A stretch of DNA of 64,000 nt, from assembly GCA_963702435.1 (NCBI GenBank), contig CAVPCR010000003.1:128001-192000 (forward strand), read 5' to 3'. This document shows, one piece after another, positions 1-10,943 of this stretch; position 1 is the first letter of the stretch, and each line of letters opens with the position of its first letter. This stretch comes from Candidatus Eiseniibacteriota bacterium (GTDB lineage Bacteria; Eisenbacteria; RBG-16-71-46; CAVPCR01). Below the pieces are notes generated by a model. That model saw nothing but the letters and a program-made list of their open reading frames with translations. It was not told where the DNA came from and did not search any database. A program made the position numbers and the translations under genes.

Positions 1-2
1 CC

Positions 3-2418
3 GCCCCGCCCGCGTCCGCGAACGGCGACTGCTTCGACTACGCCACGTCGCTCCACTGGGTCGCGCGCGTGCCGATCCACCGGCCCACTTCCGTAGCTGT
101 GCGCGAAGCGACTGCCTTCGTCGGAGCGGACTCGAGCTTGATCGGTGTCGATCTCGGCGACATCGGAGCGCCGCGGATCGTCAGCGAGACTCCGCTCAAG
201 AGCCCCGTGGGCGACATGGCGTGGCGAGATGATCTCCTCTACGTTCCCGCTGACGGCGCCGGGTTCGCCATCTTCGATGTGTCGATCCCGGCGGCCCCCG
301 TCCTCGTGTCCTGGATCGACACCCCGGGTGCGGCCTTCGATGTCGCCCTGAGCGGCGATCACGCATTCCTCGCCGACTTCAGCGCAGGGGTCCAGGTGAT
401 CGACGTGAGCGACCCCGCGGCTCCCGTGATCGTCGCCACGATCGCGACTCCCGGCTTCGCCTACGATGTCGCGTTCGCGGGTCCGCAGCTTCTCGTCGGA
501 CACGGCCATGGGCTTCTCGTCGTGGACGTGTCCGACCCGCTCTCACCCACCGCAATCGGCAACCTGCCGACGGTGACGCGGGTGGTCGGCATCGATGCGG
601 CCGGACCCCTCGTCGCCGCCGCAGCCGATTCGAGCGGTTTCCTCCTCGTGGATCTCAGCGTTCCGGCACAGCCGCGGCTCCTGAGCCAGCTGTGGGTCCT
701 CGACTCGGTGATCGAGGTGACGATCCATGGGGACCGCGTCTTCCTGTCAAGTCCCTGGTCAGGCCTCGTGGTCGCGGATATCGCGGATCCCGTACACCCG
801 GTCCTCTCCTTCACGGTCGGCCAGACCGGGGACCCGGCAATGAGCCTCATCGCCGGCGATCTGCTCTACGTCGCGGACTTCAGCCACGGCCTCGAGGTCT
901 TCCGGCTCGGCGCCTGGTTCCCGCCCGACCTCGGCAGCTCTCCGCTCGAGCATGTGGCTCAAGCGCTGGCCGTTGATGGGAGCCTCGCCTACCTGCCCAC
1001 GGCCTCGGGCCCGCAGGGCTGGCTCGAGATCCACGACGTCGGATCGGGCGGGGCTCCCGCGCTCCTGGGCTCGGTGGGGACGCTCCCCTTTCCGCAGGCC
1101 GTCGTCGCCGCCGGCGGCCTGGCCTACTTGGGTGGCGCGAGCGGCATCCAGGTGTTCGACGTGTCGGATCCGCGAAACCCCACGGCCATGAGCACGCTCC
1201 CCGTTCCGGGCGGCGTCGGCGCGCTTGCACTCGGGCCACCCGGCGTGCTCCTCGCCCTGAATCGGGGCGAGTGGACCTCGACCTTCTACACGGTGAGCGT
1301 GGCGGATCCCGCCGCCCCGGCGATCCTGGGTTCGCTCCCCCTCGCGTGGTCGCTCGAGGACATGGACTATGGTCTCGAACGCGTCTACGTGCACGGTGCC
1401 TTTGGCATTCTGGTCGTGGATGTGACGCGGCCGGAAGCACCCGTGCTCACCGGCGAGCTCTCCGTGCGTGCTTTCGACCTGGAGCTCGCGTTGCCGGCCG
1501 CCGGCGGCGGCAGAGCCCCGCTGGCCTACCTGATCGGAATCGGCGAGCTGGCGGTTGCCGATCTCTCCGACCCGGACGCCCCGTTGGTGATCGGCAGCGT
1601 GAACGGCCCGTTCGCAGGCCGGCTCGCGCGGCAGGGCCGCCATCTCTACGCGAGCGGACGCGGACTCTCCGTCTACGACCTCGCGATCCCGGACCGCCCC
1701 GCGCTGATCGGGGGATCCGCGGCCGAGGCCGGCAGGTCGTTGCTCGCCATCCGCGCGGCGACAGGGCAGCTGATCCAGGCCGGCCGCGCCGGCGGCTTCG
1801 CGAGCCCGTACGGGCTCGCCGTGTTGCCCGGACAGTGCGACGCACCGGGTCCCATCGAACTGACGATGCGAGCGGCGCAGGTTGCAGGCGGCATCGAGAT
1901 CGCCTGGTTCCCGGTTGCGGGCAGCGATCTCGTTGCAGTCCGGATCCTGCGCGCGTCCTCGCCGGCCGCGGACCAGGAACCTCTGACTCCCGACTGGATT
2001 TCAGCAAGCGGTCCGGGGCGGTTCATGGACCGGAGCGCGGAGCCGGGTATCCCCGTACTTCTACTGGTTCGCAACGCTCGATCGCGCCGGCGCCGTGTCG
2101 TCCTTCGGCCCGGTGTCCGCGACGGCCGGCGCGCCGGCGCTCATTCTTTCCCTGCCGCGCCCGAACCCGTGCGGAGCACGCGATCGGATCGAGATCGACT
2201 TCGCGCTCCCGGTGCGGAGCAAGGTGCATCTCGATGTCATCGATGCGGCGGGGCGGTGGGTCAAGCGACTCGTGGCGGACGAGCTCGATGCGGGGCCGCA
2301 CGGCGTCGCCTGGGATGGGACGAACGATCGGAACTTGGTGGTGGCCTCCGGCCGCTACGTCCTCCGCCTCGAGGCCGGCGGTCGGGTCGAGACCGCTAGC
2401 CTCGTGCGGCTCCGCTGA
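3..2418 (+). CDS. LVIVD-repeat (beta-propeller) secreted protein with C-terminal FlgD-Ig/T9SS-CTD-like domain; 5'-truncated by the window edge, one frameshift near 2050-2055
   Basis: The frame is open from position 3, with many repeats like 'G(L/V)xV(V/I)DVSDPxxPxxxG'. After ...SAEPGIP the coherent reading (YFYWFATLDRAGAVSSFGP...PNP...WDGTNDRNLVVASGRYVLRL) continues in the frame of ORF 2095..2418. There is one extra base in 'atccccgtac'. Confidence 0.8.
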
Positions 2419-2421
2419 AGG

Positions 2422-3306
2422 CTACCCGAGCGGGGGCTCTCGCCGCCGGTGCGGGAGCCCGGCGGCGAGGTCGAGGGCGTGGATCTCCTCCGGTGTGAGG
2501 GGGCGGGTCGAGCCGGGCGGGAGATCGCCGAGCGCGAGCGGGCCGAAGGTCATGCGCAGGAGCCGCGTCACGGTGAGGCCGAGCGCCTCGCACATGCGCC
2601 GGATCTGGCGCTTCTTCCCCTCCTCGATCTCGATGTCGAAGCTGTCGGCCCCTCCTCGCTCGACGACCGCGGGTTGCGTCGCCACCCCCGGCTCGATCTC
2701 GACGCCGGCCGCGAGCTGAGCGAGGTCCACATCCCGGGCCGCGGGCGTGGTCCACACGCGGTACCGCTTCGCCACGTGGTAGCGCGGATGCAGGAGGCGA
2801 TGCGTGAGCGTGCCGTCGTTCGTCAAGAGGAGGAGGCCCTCCGAGTCGAGATCGAGGCGTCCGACGGGAAAGAGCCGCGCTTCGAGCGTCGCTTCGCCGA
2901 GGAGATCGATCACGGTCGGCCGGCCCTGCGGATCGCTGACCGTCGTCACATAGCCGGCCGGCTTGTGGAGCATGACGTAGCGCGGCGTCTCCATCGTGCC
3001 GAGGAGCTGGCCGTCCACCTCGACCCGGTCGCGCCCGGTGAGGACGAGGGTGCCGAGCTCGGTCACGACCGCTCCGTTCACGCGCACGCGGCCGGATTCG
3101 ATCAGGCGATCGGCGCCGCGGCGCGAAGCCACACCGGCCTGGGCGAGGAAGCGATTCAGGCGGATGCGGCGGATCGCATCGAGGAGATCGGGCGGGCCGG
3201 GCAGGGCCTGCGCGGCGCGGATCGAGCGCGTCGTGCGTTCTCGATCGGGATGATCGTCCGGCGGCCCGGGCCGATCACTCGATCCGTTCGCGATCGAGGG
3301 CGGCAT
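2422..3306 (-). CDS. rluB: 23S rRNA pseudouridine synthase (RluB/RsuA family); exact start uncertain
   Basis: S4 domain RLNRFLAQAGVASRRGAD, catalytic motif VGRLDLDSEGLLLLTND, EGKKRQIRRM; lies downstream of scpAB. Confidence 0.88.
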   Translation of the reverse strand: MPPSIANGSSDRPGPPDDHPDRERTTRSIRAAQALPGPPDLLDAIRRIRLNRFLAQAGVASRRGADRLIESGRVRVNGAVVTELGTLVLTGRDRVEVDGQLLGTMETPRYVMLHKPAGYVTTVSDPQGRPTVIDLLGEATLEARLFPVGRLDLDSEGLLLLTNDGTLTHRLLHPRYHVAKRYRVWTTPAARDVDLAQLAAGVEIEPGVATQPAVVERGGADSFDIEIEEGKKRQIRRMCEALGLTVTRLLRMTFGPLALGDLPPGSTRPLTPEEIHALDLAAGLPHRRREPPLG

Positions 3307-4258
3307 CGTCGGGCTCGCCGGGAGCGATCGGGGCGCCGACCGGGCTCGCGGCCGGGCCGGGAAGATCCCGCTCCGCCGACGGGTCGATCGGGCTCCGGAG
3401 GAGGCCGGGGCCGCCCGCGATCTCGGTCAGGCCGCCGGTCGCGCCCAGTTCGTCGATCCCTTCCAGATCGCCGAGATCGGCGAGGTCATCGAGGTCGTCC
3501 TCGTCGAGGTCGTCGAGCTCAGGAGCGGTCTCGGCGGCGAGCCGCGTGGCGGTCGCGCTCTCCACGGCGATTGCGGCCGCCGCTTCCGCCGGACCCCCGG
3601 TCTCCCCAGCGGCCGGCGCGCCCGCGTCCGCCGGCGTCCCCTCCTCTCCCTCCGCGGCGGGGGTCGCGTCGAGCCCGAGGAGCTCCTCGGGCAGCTCCTC
3701 GCGCTCCTTGAGGAGCGACTCGATCTCGTCGAGGCGCGGCAGGTCCTCGAGCCGATCGAGGCCGAAGTACTCGAGGAAGTCGACCGTCGTCGCGTAGAGG
3801 AGCGGGCGGCCGATGCCGCGCGAGCGGCCCTTCACGGTGATGAGGTTCCGCTCGAGGAGCGTGTGCAGCACGGCCCCCGAGTCGACGCCGCGGATCTCCT
3901 CCATGGCGGTGCGGGTGATCGGCTGCCGGTAGGCGATGATGGCGAGCGTCTCGACCGCGGCGCGCGACAGGCGCACCTTCCTGCTCCCGCGCTGGAAGCG
4001 GGCCACCCACGTTGCGTAGCGCTCGCGCGTGCAGATCTGGTAGCCGCCGGCGACGCGCACGATCTCGAAGCCGTGCTCGTCGTACCGGCGACCGAGCTCG
4101 GCGACCGCTTCGCGGATCGACTCCGCCGTCTCGGCGGGCAGGGCCTCCGCCATGATCTCGACGGTCACCGGACCGTCATTCGCGAAGAGGATCGCCTCGA
4201 CGACGCGCCGGAGCTCCTCGGGCGCGAGCGGGGTCTCGCCGCGTGGTGCGGGACTCAT
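3275..4258 (-). CDS. scpB: SMC-Scp complex subunit ScpB with acidic low-complexity tail
   Basis: VEAILFA..., VAGGYQ, LSRAAVETLAIIAYRQPITR, GRPLLYATT..FLEYFGL..L.DLP. Confidence 0.95.
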   Translation of the reverse strand: MSPAPRGETPLAPEELRRVVEAILFANDGPVTVEIMAEALPAETAESIREAVAELGRRYDEHGFEIVRVAGGYQICTRERYATWVARFQRGSRKVRLSRAAVETLAIIAYRQPITRTAMEEIRGVDSGAVLHTLLERNLITVKGRSRGIGRPLLYATTVDFLEYFGLDRLEDLPRLDEIESLLKEREELPEELLGLDATPAAEGEEGTPADAGAPAAGETGGPAEAAAAIAVESATATRLAAETAPELDDLDEDDLDDLADLGDLEGIDELGATGGLTEIAGGPGLLRSPIDPSAERDLPGPAASPVGAPIAPGEPDDAALDRERIE

Positions 4259-5211
4259 GACCGGTCCTCCAGTTCGCCATCGATCGGGACAACGATCGGG
4301 ATCGCGTCGCCCTCGGCCACCGCCGCCCCCACTTCGAGCTCGCCCCCAACGTCCTCCGCCGGCAGGTCCTCGTCGCTCCCGTCGGTGTACTCGACGAGGG
4401 CTCTGGGGTCCTGGGCGCGCGCGTCCGTTGCCGCCTCGTCTCCGGTGGCGCCGCCCGCCGCCTGCGCGAGGCGCTCGGGCGAGAAGAGCCAGATCTCGCC
4501 GAACTCCTCGTACTGCCGGGCCGCGATCTCCCCGAGCTTGATGAGCTCGAGGAGGGCCATGAAGGTGGCGACGATCTCGATCCGGGATCGGCAGCGCAGG
4601 ATCACCTCGGCGAAGCGGATCTGGCCCCAGGCCGCGGCGAGATCGGCGCGGAGCTCCTCCATCTTCTCTTCGGTGGTGACCGGCGGCAGCACCACCTCGT
4701 GCACGGACTCCCCGCCCCGGCGGGTCATCGCCCCGCGCAGCGCGTCAATGAGCTGGAAGAGCGAGATCGGCTTGAGCGGCAGCGGCTCGTTCGACTCGAC
4801 GCGCGGCACATAGCCCTTGCCGTGGACGAGCGCCCGGTGCTCCTCGCGATCGCGGAGCGTGAGCGAGATCTCCTTGAACTTGCGGTACTCGAGGAGGCGC
4901 TCGACGAGCTGAGCGCGCGGATCGCCCCCGGCCTCCTCGGGCTCGAGCGGACTCGGCGGCAGGAGGAGCCGGACCTTCAGGCGCATGAGGGAGGCGGCCA
5001 TGACCAGGAACTCGCCGGCCACCTCGAGATCGAGGAGCTGCATGGCCTCGATCATGTCGAGGTACTGCCGGGTGATGTGCGCGATGGGGATGTCGTAGAC
5101 GTCGATCTCGTCGCGCTTGATGAGATGGAGGAGGAGATCGAGCGGGCCCTCGAAGGAGGCGAGCTTGATGCGGAGGGTGTCCCGGCTCGAAGCGCGGAAA
5201 TCGAGTTCCAT
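4255..5211 (-). CDS. scpA: Segregation/condensation protein ScpA
   Basis: FEGPLDLLLHLIKRDEIDVYDIPIAHIT.QYL, AGEFLVMAA, FMALLELIK. Confidence 0.95.
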   Translation of the reverse strand: MELDFRASSRDTLRIKLASFEGPLDLLLHLIKRDEIDVYDIPIAHITRQYLDMIEAMQLLDLEVAGEFLVMAASLMRLKVRLLLPPSPLEPEEAGGDPRAQLVERLLEYRKFKEISLTLRDREEHRALVHGKGYVPRVESNEPLPLKPISLFQLIDALRGAMTRRGGESVHEVVLPPVTTEEKMEELRADLAAAWGQIRFAEVILRCRSRIEIVATFMALLELIKLGEIAARQYEEFGEIWLFSPERLAQAAGGATGDEAATDARAQDPRALVEYTDGSDEDLPAEDVGGELEVGAAVAEGDAIPIVVPIDGELEDRS

Positions 5212-5358
5212 TGGCGGGCCATCCTAGCCGCGGGCGGCGGGCCGGCGCAAGCGTTCAAAATCGCCGCGGGGCGGCCGCGTGCGCGCCGCGGCGCCGCCTC
5301 GCTCCCGTGCTGCGCGCGGGCGGCGCGCCTCCGCGTCCGCGTCGCGCGGCAAGCGCGA

Positions 5359-6004
5359 CTACATGAGGCCGCCGCTCACCAGGCGACGGAGCGTGCCCAC
5401 GATCGGCCCCATGAGGAAGCCGATCAGGCTCGTCCCGGTCGCGCGCCCGGCCACCAGCACGCCGAGGAGGATGAGCGGTCCGGCCGCATCGAGTCGGGCG
5501 AAGCGGACCGCGTTCTCGCGCGAGAGCAGGCCCTTCAGGACCCGCGATCCGTCGAGCGGATGGAGCGGGATCAGGTTGAAGACGGCGAGCGCGAGGTTCA
5601 GCCGCACGCCGATCCGCGAGGAGGCCGAAGGCCGGCTCGGCGGCGGACCCGAGGAGCGTGATCGCCCAGGGGCTCCGGAAGAGGAGCTGGAGGAGGATGC
5701 CGGCGCCGAGGGCGGCGAGGAAGTTGGCGCCCGGCCCGGCCGCGGCGATCCACAGCCCGTCGCGGAGCGGATCCCGGAGGTTCCGCTCGTCCACGGGCAC
5801 CGGCTTCGCCCAGCCGAATCCGGCGAAGATCACCATGAGCGTCCCCAGCGGATCGAGGTGCCGCAGCGGATTCAAGGTGATCCGGCCCAGATCGCGCGCC
5901 GTCGGATCCCCGAAGCGGAGCGCCATCCAGGCATGCGCCATCTCGTGGCAGGAGAGCGCGAAGAGCATCACCGGGATGAGGAGCGCGAGATAGCCGAAGT
6001 CCAG
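5359..6004 (-). CDS. Site-2 protease family (M50) membrane metalloprotease; frameshift near 5610, start uncertain (CTG at 6004 or GTG/ATG near 5971)
   Basis: HEMAH zinc motif, GRITLNPLRHLDPLG, FGWAKPVP and AAGPGAN are in ORF 5255..5971; NLALAVFNLIPLHPLDGS continues in ORF 5359..5607. Confidence 0.85.
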
Positions 6005-6007
6005 TGG

Positions 6008-7330
6008 TCACTCCTCGCCGGCGCGGCCCGCAGCGGCGGACCCCGGCTCGGGCAGGACGGTCGTGATCGAGGGCCGGTCGAGCCAGGTGACCGCGGCGTG
6101 CCGGACGCCGGCCGGCGTCACCCGGTCGAGCGCCTCGAGGAAGCGATCGCCGTAGTCGTAGCCGAGTCCGAGCAGCTCGTTCAGCCCGTAGGCCGAGGCG
6201 CGGTTGGCGTTCCGCTCGAGCGCCATGAGCTGGCTTCCCGTGAGGAAGTTGCACGCGCGTTCGAACTCGTCCGGGCTCGGCCCCTCGTCGCGGAGCCGCT
6301 CGACCTCCGCGATGAGCGCGGCGCGCGCGACCGCCGCCTGCTCGCCCCGGGTCCCCAGGTACGCGGCGATGAACGAGGGTCCGACGTAGCCGGCGTAGAG
6401 CGCGCCGATCTCGTAGGCGAGGCCCCGCCTGTCGCGGAGCTCGGTGAACAGCCGCGAGTCCATCGAGCCGCCGAGCACCGCCGAGAAGACGGCCATCGCC
6501 GCCGAGTCCGGATGGCCGACCGGCGGGGCGGGATAGCCGGCCACGATCTTCGCGGTCTGCATGTCCCGCCGCTCGATCGCTTCCGCGCCGCGGGCCGGGA
6601 ACGGTGCGGCGGCGGCCCGTGGGGGCACTCCGGGATCGAGGGCGGAGAGCCCCTGATCGAGACGGGCGGCTACGCGATCCAGATCCACGCGCCCGACCAC
6701 GGCCGCCACCATGTTGGATGCGGTCACCAGGCGCTCGTACGCGCTCACGATGTCGCTCCGCTTGAGCGCCTTGACCGAGGCCTCATATCCGGTGGCCGGC
6801 TTGTGGTAGGGGTGCGCGCCGTAGTAGAGCTCGTGGAAGAGGTCGAAGGCGAGCCCGAGGAGGTGGTCCTTGCGCGCCCGGATCCGCGCGAGCGCCGCCT
6901 GCCGCTCGGTCTCGAACTCCCCCTCCGGGAAGGTGGGCTCGGTCACGGTCTCGATGAGGAGATCGAGACACGGATCGAGCACCTCGCGCGCGCAGAGAAG
7001 CGAGATCGTGGCCGCCTCCTTGGCGCTCCCGGTCGTCAGGCGCCCGCCCAGCGACTCGAGATCCGCTGCGAGGCGGGCTGCCGTGCGCCGCACGGTGCCC
7101 TTGAGGAGGAGCCGCATCGCAAGACTGGTGACGCCGGCCTTGTCGTCCGTTTCCTCGGCGCTGCCCATGCGCACGTGGAGCTTGACGGCGACCAGATCGT
7201 TCTCGATATCGCCGCGGCCGACGAGCGTGATTCCCGAGGGCAGGAGCCGGCGCTCGACCTGGCGCGCGTCCTCGCTCCGGGCGACGGCGGGCCTCGTCCC
7301 GGGATGGCGGCCCCTTCGCGGCGCGCTCAC
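6008..7330 (-). CDS. M16B peptidase, non-catalytic-type subunit (lacks HxxEH)
   Basis: Pitrilysin-family features (GS..E..DKAG, LGGSMDSRLFTELRDRRGLAY); the zinc motif is replaced by SLAMRLL. Confidence 0.85.
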   Translation of the reverse strand: MSAPRRGRHPGTRPAVARSEDARQVERRLLPSGITLVGRGDIENDLVAVKLHVRMGSAEETDDKAGVTSLAMRLLLKGTVRRTAARLAADLESLGGRLTTGSAKEAATISLLCAREVLDPCLDLLIETVTEPTFPEGEFETERQAALARIRARKDHLLGLAFDLFHELYYGAHPYHKPATGYEASVKALKRSDIVSAYERLVTASNMVAAVVGRVDLDRVAARLDQGLSALDPGVPPRAAAAPFPARGAEAIERRDMQTAKIVAGYPAPPVGHPDSAAMAVFSAVLGGSMDSRLFTELRDRRGLAYEIGALYAGYVGPSFIAAYLGTRGEQAAVARAALIAEVERLRDEGPSPDEFERACNFLTGSQLMALERNANRASAYGLNELLGLGYDYGDRFLEALDRVTPAGVRHAAVTWLDRPSITTVLPEPGSAAAGRAGEE

Positions 7331-8640
7331 GCCCCGCTCCCGTCCGGGGCGACCGCGGTGACGACCGCGTTCTCGATCGCGAGCCAGCGCTGTGCGGCCT
7401 CGCGCACGGCTTCGGCGGTGACGCGGCCGAGACGCGGCACGTAGTCGAGCGCATCCTCGGCCGAGCGGGCTACATGGAACTGGCCGAGGGTCGAGCTCAC
7501 ATCGCCCGGCGTCTCGGTGGCGAAATGGAAGTCGGCGATCGACACCGTGCGCGCGCGGTCGAGCTCCTCCTGGCTCACCGGCTCACGCCCGAGGCGGGTG
7601 AGCGCGGCCTCGATCTCGCGGCGCACCTGGACCTCGCGATCCGGTTCGCAGGCGGCGTTCACGACCAGCATGCCCCCCGCGCTCAGATCCCAGGTCCAGG
7701 CCGAGAGCGCGGTCACGATCCCGAGCTCCTCGCGGAGCCGCTGGACCAGGCGCGAGCTCCGGCCGCGGCCGAGGATGGCGGCGGCCATCTCGAGCGCGTA
7801 CGACTCCGCGAGCGCGGCGAGCCCCGGCGTCCGGAAGCCGAGCATGAGGTAGGTGTGGCGGACATCCTTCGCGATCCGGCGCTCGGCGCGCGGCAGCGGC
7901 GCCCAGGTGAACGGAGCGACCGCATTCAGCCCGCCGCTCGGGACCGCGGCCAGGACCTCGGCCGCGCGCGCCGCCACCTCGGCGCGCTCCACGCGGCCGG
8001 TCGCCACCAGGCACAGGTTGGGCGCCGTGTAGCGCGCGGCGAGATAGCCGCGGAAGGCATCCTCATCGATGCGGGCGAGAGACTCCGGCGTGCCGAGGAT
8101 CGGGCGGCCGTACGGCGTCGAGTCGCCGAGCGCGGCCTGGAACTCGACGAAGAGCTTCCCCTGCGGGTTGTCCTCCTTGCGCCCGATCTCCTCGAGGATC
8201 ACGGCCCGCTCGCGTCCGATCTCGGCCGGATCGAATCGTGAATGGAGGAGCGCGTCGGCGAGCACCTCGAGCGCCAGCGGATAGTTGTCGGCCGGCACGC
8301 TCGCGAAGTAGCTCGTGTACTCGATCGAGGTGGCGGCGTTGTTGTAACCGCCGAGGCCCTTGATGACGCGGTCCATCTCGCCGGGCCCGTAGCGCGCGGT
8401 GCCCTTGAAGTACATGTGCTCGAGGAAGTGCGAGATGCCGGAGAGGTCCGGCGGCTCGTGCGCGGCTCCGGTCCGGCACCAGATGGCCACGTTGGCGACC
8501 GCCGAGTGCGGCATCTCGCGGACGAGCAGCGTCACGCCCTGTCCGATCGTCGTGCGATGGAACGGAGCGAGGCTCGACGGGCGATCGCTGCCGATGGTCT
8601 CGAACTGGGCCATGTGCATCCGGGGGGTCGTCAAGTGCAT
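7327..8640 (-). CDS. M16B zinc peptidase, catalytic subunit
   Basis: GISHFLEHMYFKGT (HxxEH), NAATS.EYT.Y, ER.VILEE, PYGRPILG. Confidence 0.92.
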   Translation of the reverse strand: MHLTTPRMHMAQFETIGSDRPSSLAPFHRTTIGQGVTLLVREMPHSAVANVAIWCRTGAAHEPPDLSGISHFLEHMYFKGTARYGPGEMDRVIKGLGGYNNAATSIEYTSYFASVPADNYPLALEVLADALLHSRFDPAEIGRERAVILEEIGRKEDNPQGKLFVEFQAALGDSTPYGRPILGTPESLARIDEDAFRGYLAARYTAPNLCLVATGRVERAEVAARAAEVLAAVPSGGLNAVAPFTWAPLPRAERRIAKDVRHTYLMLGFRTPGLAALAESYALEMAAAILGRGRSSRLVQRLREELGIVTALSAWTWDLSAGGMLVVNAACEPDREVQVRREIEAALTRLGREPVSQEELDRARTVSIADFHFATETPGDVSSTLGQFHVARSAEDALDYVPRLGRVTAEAVREAAQRWLAIENAVVTAVAPDGSGA

Positions 8641-8770
8641 GCGGTCGCGCAGTAGACAGGGCGTCGAGCACGGTGTCGGCGGCCGCCGGGAGGCTGGGGC
8701 GAGACTACCCGACCCGCACCGCGGAGCGCAAGGATGCGCGGCGCCTGCAGCCCGGATGCCCCCCGCACCG

Positions 8771-10435
8771 CTAGCCGCCCGGCCGCATCGCCGGCGGCAG
8801 ATCGACCGCGCGCACCCACTTGACCGTGGGTTCGCGCGCGAGCTCGTCGGCGGCTGCGGCGGGGAGCGGCGTGTCGATGTTGATGACGGTGAGCGCGTCC
8901 TCGCCGCGTCCGCCGCGCCGGCCCCAGGTCATGGTCGCGATGTTGACCTGGTGGCGGCCGAGGATGGTGCCGATGCGGCCGACCACGCCGGCGACGTCCT
9001 GGTTCTTGAGCACGATCATGGCTCCGGCGGGGGTCGCATCGATCGCGTAGCCGTCCACCGTGACCAGCCGGTAGCTCCCGTCGCGGCGGATCGTGCCGCC
9101 GACGGTGTGGCGCGCGCCCGCACTCTCGGCCGTGACCTCGATCGCGCTCGTGAACTCGCCGGCCTCGTCCGAGCGCGTGTGCTCGACCGTGACGCGGCGC
9201 TCCTTGAGGATCGCCCGGCAGTTCACGAAGTTGACGCGGTCGCCGAGGCTCGGCGTGAGGAGTCCCTTGTAGAGGCCGAGCGCGATGACCTCGGTGGCGA
9301 GCCCCGCCACCTCCCCGGCGAAGCGCGCATGGATGGCCACGGGCGGCCCGGCGGCGAGCTGCGCCAGCATCGCGCCCAGCCGCTCGGCGAGATCGAGGAA
9401 GGGCCCGGCCTGCTCCATGAGCTCGGGGGGGAGCGAGGGCAGGTTGACGGCGTTCTGCGCCGGCTTTCCGGCGAGTACGGCGAGGACGTCCGCGGCCACG
9501 GTGAGGGCCACGAGCTCCTGCGCCTCGCGGGTCGAGGCGCCGAGGTGCGGGGTCACGATGACGTCGTCCCGGCCGAGGAGCGGGTTATCCTTCTGAGGCG
9601 GTTCTTCCGCGAAGACATCGATGGCTGCGCCCGCCACCTGCTTCGCATCGAGGGCGCGGCAGAGCGCGGCCTCGTCCACGACGCCGCCGCGGGAGACGTT
9701 CACGAGACGCACTCCGGGCTTCATCGCGGCGAAGGCCGCATCGTCGAGGATGTGCCTCGTGGTCGCCGTGAGCGGGAGATGCAGGGTCAGGAAGTCGGCG
9801 GCCGCAAGGACCGCCGGGAGGGACAGGAGCTCGACCCCCGAGCGCTCCGCATCGGGCGGGGCGACGAAGGGATCGTGGGCCACGACGCGCAGGCCGAAAG
9901 CGGCGGCGCGGCGGGCCACCTCGCGGCCGATCCGCCCGTAGCCGATGATGCCGAGGGTCTTCCCGCGGAGTTCGACGCCGACGAAGCGGCTCCGCTGCCA
10001 CTCCCCCGCGCGGAGCGAGCGATCGGCGGCGGGCACCTGGCGGGCGAGGGCAAGCATGAGCGCGAGCGTGTGCTCCGCGGCGGCGATCGTGTTCCCGCTC
10101 GGGGCGTTGACGACGAGGATGCCGCGAGCGGTCGCGACATCGAGGTCCACGTTGTCCACACCGGTGCCGGCGCGGGCGATCACCCGCAGGCGATCGCCGG
10201 CCTCGATCACGGGCCGCGTCACCTGGGTACCGCTGCGCACGATGAGAGCCGCCGCGTCGGCGATCTCCCGGAGGAGATCCTCCCCGATGAGCCCGGGCCG
10301 GTAGCGGACCTCGATCCCGGGTGCGGCGCCGAGGAGCGCGAGGCATTCGGGGATCACGGGATCGGTGACGAGCACGACATGGCAGGAGCCGCCGGGGGCG
10401 GGTGGGGCGCCGGACGCGGGCCATGACGTCGTCAT
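8771..10435 (-). CDS. serA: D-3-phosphoglycerate dehydrogenase with ASB and ACT domains
   Basis: IARAGTGVDNVD, NAPSGNT.AAAEH, GIIGYGRIG, TPHLGAST.EAQ, C-terminal ACT (N.DVAGVVGRIG.ILG...VNIA). Confidence 0.93.
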   Translation of the reverse strand: MTTSWPASGAPPAPGGSCHVVLVTDPVIPECLALLGAAPGIEVRYRPGLIGEDLLREIADAAALIVRSGTQVTRPVIEAGDRLRVIARAGTGVDNVDLDVATARGILVVNAPSGNTIAAAEHTLALMLALARQVPAADRSLRAGEWQRSRFVGVELRGKTLGIIGYGRIGREVARRAAAFGLRVVAHDPFVAPPDAERSGVELLSLPAVLAAADFLTLHLPLTATTRHILDDAAFAAMKPGVRLVNVSRGGVVDEAALCRALDAKQVAGAAIDVFAEEPPQKDNPLLGRDDVIVTPHLGASTREAQELVALTVAADVLAVLAGKPAQNAVNLPSLPPELMEQAGPFLDLAERLGAMLAQLAAGPPVAIHARFAGEVAGLATEVIALGLYKGLLTPSLGDRVNFVNCRAILKERRVTVEHTRSDEAGEFTSAIEVTAESAGARHTVGGTIRRDGSYRLVTVDGYAIDATPAGAMIVLKNQDVAGVVGRIGTILGRHQVNIATMTWGRRGGRGEDALTVINIDTPLPAAAADELAREPTVKWVRAVDLPPAMRPGG

Positions 10436-10463
10436 CGAGCCACCTCCGGGCGGGGATGGCGCA

Positions 10464-10502
10464 AGGCCCGGAACCTTCTCATGGACAAGTGGTTCCGGGC
10501 CT
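10464..10502. terminator. 12-bp stem-loop just downstream of tRNA-Ala (terminator or processing hairpin)
   Basis: AGGCCCGGAACC-N15-GGTTCCGGGCCT. Confidence 0.5.
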
Positions 10503-10514
10503 CACTTCGATCTC

Positions 10515-10590
10515 TGGTGGAGCTGACGGGGATCGAACCCGTGACCTCTTGTCTGCCAGACAAGCGCTCTCCCATCTGAGCTACAGCCCC
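10515..10590 (-). tRNA. tRNA-Ala(GGC)
   Basis: Reverse complement GGGGCTGTAGCTCAGATGGGAGAGCGCTTGTCTGGCAGACAAGAGGTCACGGGTTCGATCCCCGTCAGCTCCACCA; G3:U70 Ala identity pair, encoded CCA. Confidence 0.97.
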
Positions 10591-10616
10591 ACGAAGGCAG
10601 TTGGCACGGGCCAGCG

Positions 10617-10646
10617 AAGCTAGCCGGAACCGAGGGATGCGGTCAA
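10617..10646 (-). promoter_or_regulatory. sigma70-like promoter for tRNA-Ala
   Basis: TTGACC-N18-TAGCTT on the minus strand, ~26 nt upstream of the tRNA. Confidence 0.5.
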
Positions 10647-10943
10647 CAGGGAAGTGCCGGGCGCGCCCCCTTGGGGCAGGGCCCCGATCAGGCCGTTGGC
10701 CCCGGAGCACCCGACGGCGCAGGGGAATCGGCGTCGCTCGTGACGCGGATCGTGGCGGCGACCTCGGGCAACGCGAGGACCATGGTCGCGCCAGCGGCGA
10801 GGACGGACGATCCGAAGGCGGACCGAGGCCCGAGAGTCCCCACGAACGGCTCCTCACGGACGCCGCCGCCGACGGTCGCGGCGCCCTGACATGGGGCACA
10901 GATTCGGAGCGGAGATCCGGCCATCGCCGGAGTCGAGGGATCC

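Noticed and set aside
2045..2060. Programmed frameshift in the LVIVD gene (also near 5610 in the M50 gene)
   Set aside because: No slippery heptamer or stimulatory structure seen; single-base indels are more simply explained as sequencing errors.
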